Below, piece by piece: positions 1-8,231 of a stretch of 16,870 nt of DNA. The notes under the pieces were generated by a model. The model saw nothing but the letters and a program-made list of their open reading frames with translations. It was not told where the DNA came from and did not search any database. Numbering within the stretch: the first letter of the stretch is position 1; each line of letters begins with the position of its first letter. Made by a program: the position numbers and the translations under genes. Source of the stretch: Elainellaceae cyanobacterium (GTDB lineage Bacteria; Cyanobacteriota; Cyanobacteriia; CAZCXK01). The DNA is taken from contig JBNPEG010000244.1 in NCBI GenBank assembly GCA_051117555.1, positions 2,340 to 19,209 on the forward strand, read 5' to 3'.

Positions 1-39
1 CAAGCTCTTGCTAGGCGGAGATTTTGATCCGCTCACCAT
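1..39 (-). CDS. Possible 5' end of a gene running off the window edge (MVSGSKSPPSKSL...)
   Basis: ATG at 39-37, open to base 1. Only 13 codons visible, so no product can be assigned. Confidence 0.3.
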   Translation of the reverse strand, partial: MVSGSKSPPSKSL

Positions 40-193
40 TGAAAATTACAGGTTTTGAAAATTGCAGGTTTGGCGATCGCCACAGTTCGTCAGGCGATTT
101 TATGCTAGCGTCCCTGGCTTAGGCTTCGGGTTAAGAGTCATAGCCTAAACTAGTGGCGTGGCACAGCTAATTTGGTGGATTAAAGTGCATTAG

Positions 194-224
194 GTAGGGT
201 GCCGTTAGCGCAGCGTAACGCACC
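194..224 (+). repeat. GTAG-type REP-like palindromic repeat
   Basis: GTAG followed by the imperfect palindrome GGTGC(C)GTTA-gcgcagcg-TAACGCACC, the typical GTAG+hairpin REP architecture. Confidence 0.7.
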
Positions 225-281
225 GGTTCCAAGAGTTTCAGCCCTTTAAGGATTTGCACTATTTTAGGCATGTCAAACCAA

Positions 282-334
282 TATAGCAGTAAAAAACCTG
301 CGGTTTTATAGCAGTAAAAACCTGCGGTTTTATA
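282..334. repeat. Two-copy tandem repeat (24-25 bp) with an internal palindrome
   Basis: TATAGCAGTAAAAA(A)CCTGCGGTTT twice. Each unit contains AAAACC-tgc-GGTTTT. Confidence 0.9.
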
Positions 335-393
335 AAACAGCGGGTAAAATCCTAATCTCAACGCGAAGCCTGCATTTGCGATAAGCTAGCGCT

Positions 394-1164
394 TTAAGCC
401 TTACTCTCGACAGTGACCTCAACCGGTTCTCTAGGCATCGGGTCTATCACCTGGGTTGCTAGATGACGTTGACTTAGCGTAGAGCGAAATGCGTCAATGT
501 CTCCTACGGTTTTCAAAAATGACATCAGCGCTCCCGAATAGTTGACATCGCCTCCAGCAGCCGTTGGGAAAAAAGCTTTGGGCGTTAGCAGCGTCGCCAA
601 TTCGGGTGCTGACCTATGCCCTTTGATGATGGGGCCAACCAGGGGCAATTCTAGATTCACGACCGGACTAATCACAATATCTACGGGAGCGAACTGGTCT
701 ACTTGGGAAGGAGGAAATCCATGCGGTTCGTAGTAAAGTGTCGTACCCTGACCAAGATGCTTGAGAAGATAGCCGTTTTCAACCTGCAACCCAATAGGTG
801 CTCCAGAAAATGCATGAATTTCCAACTCAGCATTAAACGTAAAGGCATGACCAGGTGCAAGCTCGGTGATGTGCTGATAGCCGAGCTGTTCAACCACCTT
901 GACCGCATTCGGAGAGCCCACAACGGGAATGGTGCGATCTAGCTTTTCTAAGGTTGGGCGATGGGCATGATCCTCCAACCCTTGAGACAGAAGAATCAAG
1001 TCAATATTGTCTGGCAATGGCTCGATGGGTTCCTGGCGATCGCCCTTAAACAACCAATCTTGATTGCCAAACACCAACGAACCGACTAGCCACGGATCAA
1101 TGAGAATACGAAGAGTGTTCCAATCGAGTAGCCAACTGTTTGCGCCAAAGTAAGTGAGATACAT
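394..1164 (-). CDS. MBL-fold metallo-hydrolase (UlaG/Lactamase_B_3-like, cyanobacterial type)
   Basis: N-terminal LTYFGANSWLL...RILIDPWL; variant metal motif LLSQGLEDHAH; ENGYLL; YYEPHG. ATG at 1164 preferred over the ORF-track TTG at 1170. Confidence 0.85.
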   Translation of the reverse strand: MYLTYFGANSWLLDWNTLRILIDPWLVGSLVFGNQDWLFKGDRQEPIEPLPDNIDLILLSQGLEDHAHRPTLEKLDRTIPVVGSPNAVKVVEQLGYQHITELAPGHAFTFNAELEIHAFSGAPIGLQVENGYLLKHLGQGTTLYYEPHGFPPSQVDQFAPVDIVISPVVNLELPLVGPIIKGHRSAPELATLLTPKAFFPTAAGGDVNYSGALMSFLKTVGDIDAFRSTLSQRHLATQVIDPMPREPVEVTVESKA

Positions 1165-1355
1165 GCCCAAAAGTAATAGTGCTGTACTCTCAAGATCTTA
1201 CCAAAACTCAATGTTTACAACGCTGCTACGATTTGCGCTTCGCATATGGGATGACTCTGTGTGTCGCGATCGGGCATTCAGACAGGGTGGGAACCTTCAC
1301 AGTAAATCGCGATCTTACAATGTTTGGAGAGAACAAAAAATTCTAGGCAAGGTAT

Positions 1356-2435
1356 ATGAATCGTTTTGCATTACTTGTTTTAACTTCATTGAGCTGCGCC
1401 ATTCCCATACTGGGAGGGGGGCAAGCCGTGGCACAGCGCATCGTCAACGTTAGCCCTGATATAGATGCTCAAAACGTTGCGTCTGATGTTTCAATTTCTG
1501 GGCAATTTGACACCAGCGATGGAACCGCCGTTGACACCAGTTCGGTTGAAATCTATGTCAATGGCGAGGATGTGACGCGTCGCAGCACGATTACTCAGAA
1601 CTTTTTCAGCTATCGCCCGACCCAGCCCTTATCACCGGGTGAGGTGGATGTTCGAGTGGAGTATGCAAATACCCGCGGTGTACGACAGGTTGCAACTTGG
1701 GATTTTCAAGTTCAGCAGCCAAGAACTGCCCTCGACATTAGCTCAATAACTCACAATGCCACCAGCGGACCGTTAGGCCCGGATGCCACTCTTCTCACCA
1801 CCATCAACGGAACGCCAGGCGCAACCGCGTCTGTTTTACTCATTGAGGACGGCGAGACAGTTCAGGAACTGGATGCTCAGGAAGTGTCTCCTGGAGTTTA
1901 TGTGGCAACTCTCATTGTTGACGAGGGCGATCGCCTCAACGAAGGTATTTTAGTGGGCCGTCTCCAACGTCAAGGACAAACCACCTATGCAGTTGCGTCT
2001 CAATCGGTTGCCTTTGATCCATCTGCTGATGGAGTTGTAGCGGCTCCTCAGACGGTGGATGACGACGCAGATGAAACCGAAGAAACGGAATCTCCAGGAT
2101 CAACTGAAACGGCTACTCTACCGCTGGAGCCTCAGTTCACCAGTCATGATAGCGGAGACACTATCAGGGGCGACAGTTTTACAATCGTAGGCAAAACTTG
2201 GCCGAATGCCTCAGTTGATGTCAGCGTAGACGCGAGTGCGTCGGTATTAGGACTCGTGAATTTGGGAGGAACGGTTCTCGATCGCACGATTACCGCCGAT
2301 GATGATGGAGACTTTGAGGTGCGGGTGCCGGTGCCTCGAATTGCAACACCCGGGACCGAATACACGATTACGGCGGTGGCAAGTTTAGATGGGGAAACCA
2401 GTGACCCATCTGAATTAATTTTGACGCAAGAATAA
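1356..2435 (+). CDS. Secreted acidic protein with predicted Ig-like/beta-sandwich domains
   Basis: Signal peptide ending in AVA; V/T/D/S/G-rich beta-strand pattern (IVNVSP..., FTIVGKTWPNASVDV, ADDDGDFEV, YTITAVAS); acidic linker. Confidence 0.7.
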   Translation: MNRFALLVLTSLSCAIPILGGGQAVAQRIVNVSPDIDAQNVASDVSISGQFDTSDGTAVDTSSVEIYVNGEDVTRRSTITQNFFSYRPTQPLSPGEVDVRVEYANTRGVRQVATWDFQVQQPRTALDISSITHNATSGPLGPDATLLTTINGTPGATASVLLIEDGETVQELDAQEVSPGVYVATLIVDEGDRLNEGILVGRLQRQGQTTYAVASQSVAFDPSADGVVAAPQTVDDDADETEETESPGSTETATLPLEPQFTSHDSGDTIRGDSFTIVGKTWPNASVDVSVDASASVLGLVNLGGTVLDRTITADDDGDFEVRVPVPRIATPGTEYTITAVASLDGETSDPSELILTQE

Positions 2436-2457
2436 TTGGGTGGGGATCGATTTAGGG

Positions 2458-3222
2458 CTATAAAACTTTTTCAAGGAACTGGTTGGCTCGATTACTTTTG
2501 GGATTGTTAAAGAACTCGTCAGGTGGAGCATCTTCGACCAGACGCCCTTGATCTAAAAACAAAATGCGATTGGCAGCTTCACGGGCAAACCCCATTTCAT
2601 GAGTGACGATCGCCATTGTCATCCCAGATTGGGCTAAATCTTTCATCACATCTAGCACTTCCTTGACCATTTCGGGATCGAGGGCAGAGGTGGGTTCGTC
2701 AAACAACATGATGTCGGGTTCCATGGCAAGTGCCCGGGCGATCGCCACCCGTTGCTTTTGACCGCCAGACAACCGAGACGGGTAAACATCTGCCTTTTCT
2801 GCGAGACCGACCCGATTCAAGAGTTCCATTCCCTTCTCGTTTGCCACCGGTTTAGAAACTTTTTTTACCCTAACGGGGGCATACATGATGTTTCCCAACA
2901 CGGTCATGTGGGGAAATAGATTGAAATGCTGAAACACCATGCCCACGTTTTGACGAATTTTCATCACGTCGGTCTTTTGGGTCGTAATATCGACTCCATC
3001 GATGATCACCTTGCCAGATGTCGGCATCTCTAATAAATTGATGCACCGCAAAAACGTCGATTTACCTGACCCGGATGGGCCAATCATGGCGACCACTTCG
3101 CCTCGATGAATTTCTGTCGAAATCTCCTTTAAAACTTTGAGGTCGCCAAACGATTTATATAAGCGCTCAACCTTAACGGCGAGTGATCCATTATGCTGAT
3201 TGTCAACAGAATTATCCTGCAT
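2458..3222 (-). CDS. Polar amino acid ABC transporter ATP-binding protein (GlnQ/ArtM-like)
   Basis: Walker [10 protein letters not shown]-loop VFQHFNLF, signature LSGGQKQR, Walker [13 protein letters not shown]-loop VTHEM. Confidence 0.95.
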   Translation of the reverse strand: MQDNSVDNQHNGSLAVKVERLYKSFGDLKVLKEISTEIHRGEVVAMIGPSGSGKSTFLRCINLLEMPTSGKVIIDGVDITTQKTDVMKIRQNVGMVFQHFNLFPHMTVLGNIMYAPVRVKKVSKPVANEKGMELLNRVGLAEKADVYPSRLSGGQKQRVAIARALAMEPDIMLFDEPTSALDPEMVKEVLDVMKDLAQSGMTMAIVTHEMGFAREAANRILFLDQGRLVEDAPPDEFFNNPKSNRANQFLEKVL

Positions 3223-3323
3223 AAGCGAAAGTATCCGTCAAATTTAGGTCAAGCGAAAGTCAGCTATCTACTCCCGTGCCTGAGAGATTCTACGCGACGT
3301 TGAGTCTGCGCTAGGCATCCTTG

Positions 3324-4037
3324 TCAGCTACTCTTTTGTAACCGACGTTCCATCAGGGTTGCTGCTACCGTCAATGCCATCACCATCAGGTAATAGACGA
3401 CAGCGACGATGAGCAACGGCTCAAAGTAAACATACTTTTCAGCTCCGACAATCTGAGCCCGACGCAATAAATCTTGAGCGCCAATGGTTGATACCAAGGC
3501 CGAATCTTTAAGGAGGGCAATGGTTTCATTCACTAGGGCAGGCAAGATGTTTTTTACCGCTTGGGGCAAGATGATATCCAGCATCATAGGCTGATAGCGC
3601 ACCCCCAGCGACATGGCTGCTTCGGTTTGCCCCCGATCGATCGCCAAAATTCCTGCGCGAATGACTTCAGAAATATAGGCTCCTGAGTTGAGGGTAAACG
3701 TAATCACGCCAGCTTGAAATCCAGAAATGTCGTACCCGGTCAGCTGAGGCGTTGCAAAGTAAATAATCGAGAGCGTAACCAGCAGCGGTGTTCCTCGAAA
3801 AATCGACGTATACACCATGCCAAACCAGTAGAGTGGCTTAATGCTGGAAATTTTGAAGAGGGACAAAATTGTCCCCCAGATAAATCCAAATACTGCTGAA
3901 AGTGCCGTGAATTTTAGGGTAACTAGAATCCCGCCTAAAATAAACGGAATCGATGGAAGAATCCGTTCGAAGTCTAGATTCAGAGCAGCAACGGGTAGAC
4001 TCGGGGCGGGGAAAACGGTAACGACGCCAAAACTCAT
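3324..4037 (-). CDS. Polar amino acid ABC transporter permease (HisM/ArtQ-like)
   Basis: FRGTPLLV, NSGAYISEVIRAGI, EAA loop (GQTEAAMSLG), LLKDSALVS. Confidence 0.95.
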   Translation of the reverse strand: MSFGVVTVFPAPSLPVAALNLDFERILPSIPFILGGILVTLKFTALSAVFGFIWGTILSLFKISSIKPLYWFGMVYTSIFRGTPLLVTLSIIYFATPQLTGYDISGFQAGVITFTLNSGAYISEVIRAGILAIDRGQTEAAMSLGVRYQPMMLDIILPQAVKNILPALVNETIALLKDSALVSTIGAQDLLRRAQIVGAEKYVYFEPLLIVAVVYYLMVMALTVAATLMERRLQKSS

Positions 4038-4060
4038 TATTATGCTTATATCTCGTTTAG

Positions 4061-4903
4061 TTATTCGGCGCTTGTCCCTTGCTGCTCGTAGTAGTCTTCA
4101 AACCATTTCGTCACCAGTTCATCAAGTTTGCCGCTTTCCTTCATTTGAGTGAGCACTTGGTCAAATTCGGATGCGAGTTCAGAATCTTTCGGGAAGGCGA
4201 TCGCCGAACCTGATGCGCCTTCAGTGTCGAGGGTGACAAATTCTAAGTCAGGATTATTTTGCACATATCCTTTAGCGACCGTGTCCTCTACAATCGCCGC
4301 ATCAAGCCGTCCTGCTTTTAACTCTTGAATGAGTTCGCTGACTCGATTACGCGGTTCAACAACCATTTCCTCGACGGTTTCAGCCTGCTCTTTTGCCTCT
4401 CCTTCTTGAATCGAACCGAGCTGCACCCCTACCGTCTTACCAGCTAAGTCTCCATAGCTTTCATAGCCAGAACCAGCAGGTGCGACGATTGTGTTCTTTG
4501 CATCGTAATAGATTTGGGAGAAATCAACGCTTTCTTTGCGTTCCTCAGTCGGTGTCATACCCGCCATTGCAAAGTCAACTCGTCCACCTTGAAGTGCTGG
4601 GATGATGCCATTGAAATCCATATCTTGAATTTCAAGCGCATATCCCAGCTCGTCCGTGATGTATTTTGCAATATCAATATCAAAGCCAATCGGCTCACCC
4701 TCACCCGATGCCGTTTCATAGAATTCATAAGGTGGGTAGTCAGCAGATGTTGCCATCACAAGCGTAGTGCTACCACTGGCAGGTTCTGTTGTTGCCGCAT
4801 CTTCACCACCGCTTGGCGTATCGGATGGCGCACAAGCCGTCACGATAAATATAGTAAAGAGTGCGGATAACAAGACGGTGAGTAAAAACTTGAGTCGCTT
4901 CAT
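4061..4903 (-). CDS. Polar amino acid ABC transporter substrate-binding lipoprotein (SBP family 3)
   Basis: ATG at 4903 (MKRLKFLL...), lipobox IVTAC, TSADYPPYEF, GFDIDIA, GMTPTEERK, VGVQLGSIQE. Confidence 0.93.
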   Translation of the reverse strand: MKRLKFLLTVLLSALFTIFIVTACAPSDTPSGGEDAATTEPASGSTTLVMATSADYPPYEFYETASGEGEPIGFDIDIAKYITDELGYALEIQDMDFNGIIPALQGGRVDFAMAGMTPTEERKESVDFSQIYYDAKNTIVAPAGSGYESYGDLAGKTVGVQLGSIQEGEAKEQAETVEEMVVEPRNRVSELIQELKAGRLDAAIVEDTVAKGYVQNNPDLEFVTLDTEGASGSAIAFPKDSELASEFDQVLTQMKESGKLDELVTKWFEDYYEQQGTSAE

Positions 4904-5201
4904 AATGTCGTCGATTTGAGTGGGATGTTGCAAAAAGCAGGTCAGAAATACGGTTACACTGTGGCAGCGTCACACGCAAAATTTAGTGTTTTAGGCTACT
5001 AAATGCCGCCCATCAAGTCAGCCCATCAAACCAATTCAGCAGCATAATCTCTGCATATTTCTGGCACATAACTGGTGAAGAATATACATTACCAGATTAT
5101 TTAGAAAAGCGTGTTTACGAATTGAAACGGCTTGACCTTCATCAGAAATAGCGTGTCAAGAAAAGCAATATTCGATCGCGCCTCTTGGTGAATGGAATCA
5201 G

Positions 5202-6134
5202 CTAGTCCGACACCCCGAAGGCACTCAGAACCTGATCTCGATCCATTCCAGGTTGAATGTCAGGACGATACATGAGGCGTATTACGTCTCGATCGAGTGA
5301 GCTAAATTCCGTGGTTTGTGTCCATGCTTGATAAAAAATTGAGTCAGCGTAATCGTCAGAGTCTTTCATGCACCCGCTAATGGCTTGGGTCACTTCTTCT
5401 CGAATGAGGTGATTGCGTTCCGTTTGGCTGATTTCTTCGGTCGTAATCAGAATCCTGGCTTGATGAATCACGTCGTGGCTGTTCCACCCAATCCAGGCAA
5501 AGCCTAAATTTATTGGAATGTAGTTGGGATCGTAATCGCTGAATTCGGATTCAGGAACAAAATAGAGTGTCATGTTGGGATCAGCCGAAGTAAGGGTGAT
5601 GGTTAGCCCTGTGAGTTGCTGCAATTCGGCAATTACGGCTTGGAGAGTCTGCTCATCTTCAAAGGTTGGACTACCATTGACCTGAATATTAATGTCGCCC
5701 TGCCATTTCCGAATGACGGGATCAGCGTTGCCATATTCAGTGCCTAAGGCGATGTCTAGAAAATAGGCGATCGCCTCATTACTAGTAATGTCATTATTAG
5801 TAATGTCATCGTGAGCATCTGCCGATTCACTTGCATTGAACGAATCATATTGGGATGGCTCTGGTGCTCCATACTCAAACGATTGTTGGGGTGGCGCGAT
5901 CGCCCCTTCTTCCTGATTCAGATTAGATAATTCGCCTGGAGTATCCAATCCTAGCTGACGGGGGTGTTCCAGAGTCGGTAGAGGTGATGATAACCCCCCC
6001 GAGGCCCGATGATTTTGCTTGGGCGATCGCTCGACGCCAGAGGTTGACAGGCAAAATATTGTCGCACCCAAAAGAGTGAGCAGTAAAAAGCACCGATCCA
6101 GAAGGATCTGGGCTCTGCGATTTAAAGTAGACAT
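5202..6134 (-). CDS. DUF2927 domain-containing protein with N-terminal hydrophobic anchor/signal and acidic linker
   Basis: YFLDIALGTEYG, IRKWQGDI, RNHLIREEVTQ, DSIFYQ, LMYRPDIQPGM; zincin-like DUF2927 pattern. Confidence 0.8.
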   Translation of the reverse strand: MSTLNRRAQILLDRCFLLLTLLGATIFCLSTSGVERSPKQNHRASGGLSSPLPTLEHPRQLGLDTPGELSNLNQEEGAIAPPQQSFEYGAPEPSQYDSFNASESADAHDDITNNDITSNEAIAYFLDIALGTEYGNADPVIRKWQGDINIQVNGSPTFEDEQTLQAVIAELQQLTGLTITLTSADPNMTLYFVPESEFSDYDPNYIPINLGFAWIGWNSHDVIHQARILITTEEISQTERNHLIREEVTQAISGCMKDSDDYADSIFYQAWTQTTEFSSLDRDVIRLMYRPDIQPGMDRDQVLSAFGVSD

Positions 6135-6173
6135 GCATCTCAGTTACACAAACAGTTACACGAACTGAGATTA

Positions 6174-6195
6174 ATTCTAATAGAACAAATGTACT
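6174..6195 (-). promoter_or_regulatory. LexA (SOS) box adjacent to a -10 element upstream of the DUF2927 gene
   Basis: Minus strand AGTACATTTGTTCT (6195-6182) fits the cyanobacterial consensus RGTACNNNDGTWCB exactly. TAGAAT (6179-6174) follows 2 nt later. Confidence 0.7.
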
Positions 6196-6289
6196 TATTG
6201 TGCGGTTTGTCGATTTCTTAATGTGTTAGACCAGTCCCATTGGGGCACTCTATCAATCCGTAAGACTTATATTGCAGTTTATGAACAAA

Positions 6290-6435
6290 ATCGGGAAATC
6301 GGGCGGTCGCTCCTGATATTTCAAAGAGGCGAGCCCAAACAAGAGCCCCCAGAGTTTGGACTCGCCCACCCTTTAGGGTAGGGCTGAAGACTAATCTTGG
6401 GATGATGGCACTCGCCCCCCGAGTGTTACCCTCCT
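6290..6435. ncRNA. Candidate structured RNA / hairpin cluster
   Basis: Stems at 6328-6340/6354-6366 (13 bp, G-U on minus strand, then UCUUU), 6364-6372/6375-6384 and 6407-6414/6420-6427. GC-rich patch in an AT-rich spacer. Confidence 0.4.
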
Positions 6436-6516
6436 TCAAAAATTTCTATATGGCGGTGTGCGCTTGAGATAATAGGTTCTAGATTCTACGGACAAAGCAG
6501 GTGCAACAGAGTTGTT

Positions 6517-6920
6517 ATGAATTTTTGGAACCTTTTTCTAATTTTTATTGTGATTTCGTCGCTTCAACCCGCCATCCAGCGGCGCATCACTCAATATCAT
6601 CGATTATCTGCTATTCAAAATTTTGAACGAAAGCGGGGAAGCCGGATGATTTTGCTGATCCATCGCCAAGAAGCCATCAAATCGCACCCGAAAATATTGA
6701 TCAGATTATTCAACGGCTAACGACCGGTCAGGTCACGCATGATTATCCTGTCTTAGTAGAGGAAGCTCAAGACATTGGTTTACCCGTTACTGTAGGGCTT
6801 CCGAGAGAAATTTATTCCCTAATGGATTTGTATCCCCAGCCGATGTCAGGCCGCCCCTCTGTGCAATACATTCCAATGCCGTATCAAAATCGTCCATCAT
6901 TCCCTAATGGCAATTCATGA
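6517..6920 (+). pseudogene. SDH-family Clp-fold serine protease pseudogene (internal deletion plus frameshift)
   Basis: 6517-6678 encodes the family N-terminus (ISSLQP...KRGSRMILLIHRQEAI). A different frame, 6681-6920, encodes the C-terminus (LTTGQVTHDYPV...GLPV...LMDLYPQP..GRPSVQYIP). The central HTPGG/AMSGGT/LGPVDPQ region is absent. Confidence 0.85.
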
Positions 6921-6926
6921 GGTTCT

Positions 6927-8144
6927 GTGAAATTTGCTGACTTGATTGGGCTTCTGTGCGTGATTGCCGCCTTAGTTATTCTGTGGCAGTTTCGTCAAAT
7001 ATTACTGTTAGTATTTACCGCCGTTGTGTTGGCGATCGCCCTCAACGCGTTAGTTCGACACATCATTCGTCGATTTAGAGTGGCGCGCGGCAGCGCAGTT
7101 TTGATTGCATTGAGCCTCGTTGTGTTAGGAACTGCCGTTTGTATCGGCATCATTGTTCCGCTATTTGTCAATCAGTTTCAGCAGCTCCTTCAAGTGTTAC
7201 CAGAAGGGTTTCGTCAGTTTATTAACTGGCTCAATCAGTGGATTGAGAATCCACCCAACTGGCTTCCTATGCCTGATGTCGGACTGTTGCCCAATTTTTC
7301 TGACCTGATCCAGCAGGCTGCGTCTCTTTCTCAACAAATCTTTGGTAATTTTTTCACCTTTTTTTCCAATTCCCTCTCTGTCCTCCTTCAACTGCTGCTG
7401 GTCATTATTTTGACCCTCATGCTGCTCGCAGATCCCATCGCCTACCGTCGGCTCATATTGAGGTTATTCCCGTCATTTTATCGACGACGAGCCGATTCAA
7501 TTTTTACTAGCTGTGAAGGCGCTCTCATTAATTGGTTGGGAGCTGTGTCGATTAGCTCCGGATTTGTCGCTCTGGTCAGTGGGTTAGGGCTTTCTGTATT
7601 ACAGGTTAAGTTTGTGTTTGCCCATGCGCTTCTAGCCGGAGTTTTCAACTTTCTGCCTAATATCGGCCCCACGATCAGTGCAGTATTTCCGGTTCTCGTG
7701 GCACTGCTTGATTCTCCCGGAAAGGCGATCGCCGTTATCGTTTTATATCTCGTTATTCAAAATCTGGAGAGCTATTGGTTTAGCCCAATGGTGATGCAGA
7801 AACAAGTGTCCCTCCTACCGGCTGCCACTCTAATTGCCCAGATTTTCTTCGCAACATTTTTAGGTCCTCTCGGATTGGTACTGGCCTTACCTTTAACGGT
7901 TGTCATGAAAATCTGGGTTGAAGAAGCAGTTATCAAGGATTGGCTCGATCAATGGCACTCTAAAGCGGTCCAATCCCCAGCGATCGATTTATCTCCACAG
8001 GTTCAAGACCATCATCCAGACGCAAATTTATCTTCTGCAGAGCATTCATTACCATCAATCGAGCCCAATTCCGCTTCATCTCTCGATCCACCACCATCAA
8101 CCGAGATTTCTCCTCCCGCCGATTCATCAAAATCTAACCAATGA
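6927..8144 (+). CDS. AI-2E family (PerM-like) transporter
   Basis: Multiple TM segments; NFLPNIGP, IQNLESYWFSPMV, GPLGLVLALPL. GTG start with upstream GAGG. Confidence 0.92.
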   Translation: MKFADLIGLLCVIAALVILWQFRQILLLVFTAVVLAIALNALVRHIIRRFRVARGSAVLIALSLVVLGTAVCIGIIVPLFVNQFQQLLQVLPEGFRQFINWLNQWIENPPNWLPMPDVGLLPNFSDLIQQAASLSQQIFGNFFTFFSNSLSVLLQLLLVIILTLMLLADPIAYRRLILRLFPSFYRRRADSIFTSCEGALINWLGAVSISSGFVALVSGLGLSVLQVKFVFAHALLAGVFNFLPNIGPTISAVFPVLVALLDSPGKAIAVIVLYLVIQNLESYWFSPMVMQKQVSLLPAATLIAQIFFATFLGPLGLVLALPLTVVMKIWVEEAVIKDWLDQWHSKAVQSPAIDLSPQVQDHHPDANLSSAEHSLPSIEPNSASSLDPPPSTEISPPADSSKSNQ

Positions 8145-8231
8145 TTTCTGTCATTGACCCCATTACCAATTGCAATCTCATAAGCTCAGAGCTTAGAATC
8201 AGGGAGCAAGTATGGAGAACTCGAAGATCCG

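Noticed and set aside
282..334. Palindromic repeat as a mini CRISPR array
   Set aside because: Units abut with no spacer, there are only two copies, and no cas genes are present.
167..361. 64-aa minus-strand ORF with a repeated YKTAGF
   Set aside because: TTG start, and it consists of the tandem repeat and REP element. Likely spurious.
6218..6439. 73-aa minus-strand ORF across the hairpin cluster
   Set aside because: TTG start, no RBS and no protein-like features. Better explained as structured non-coding DNA.
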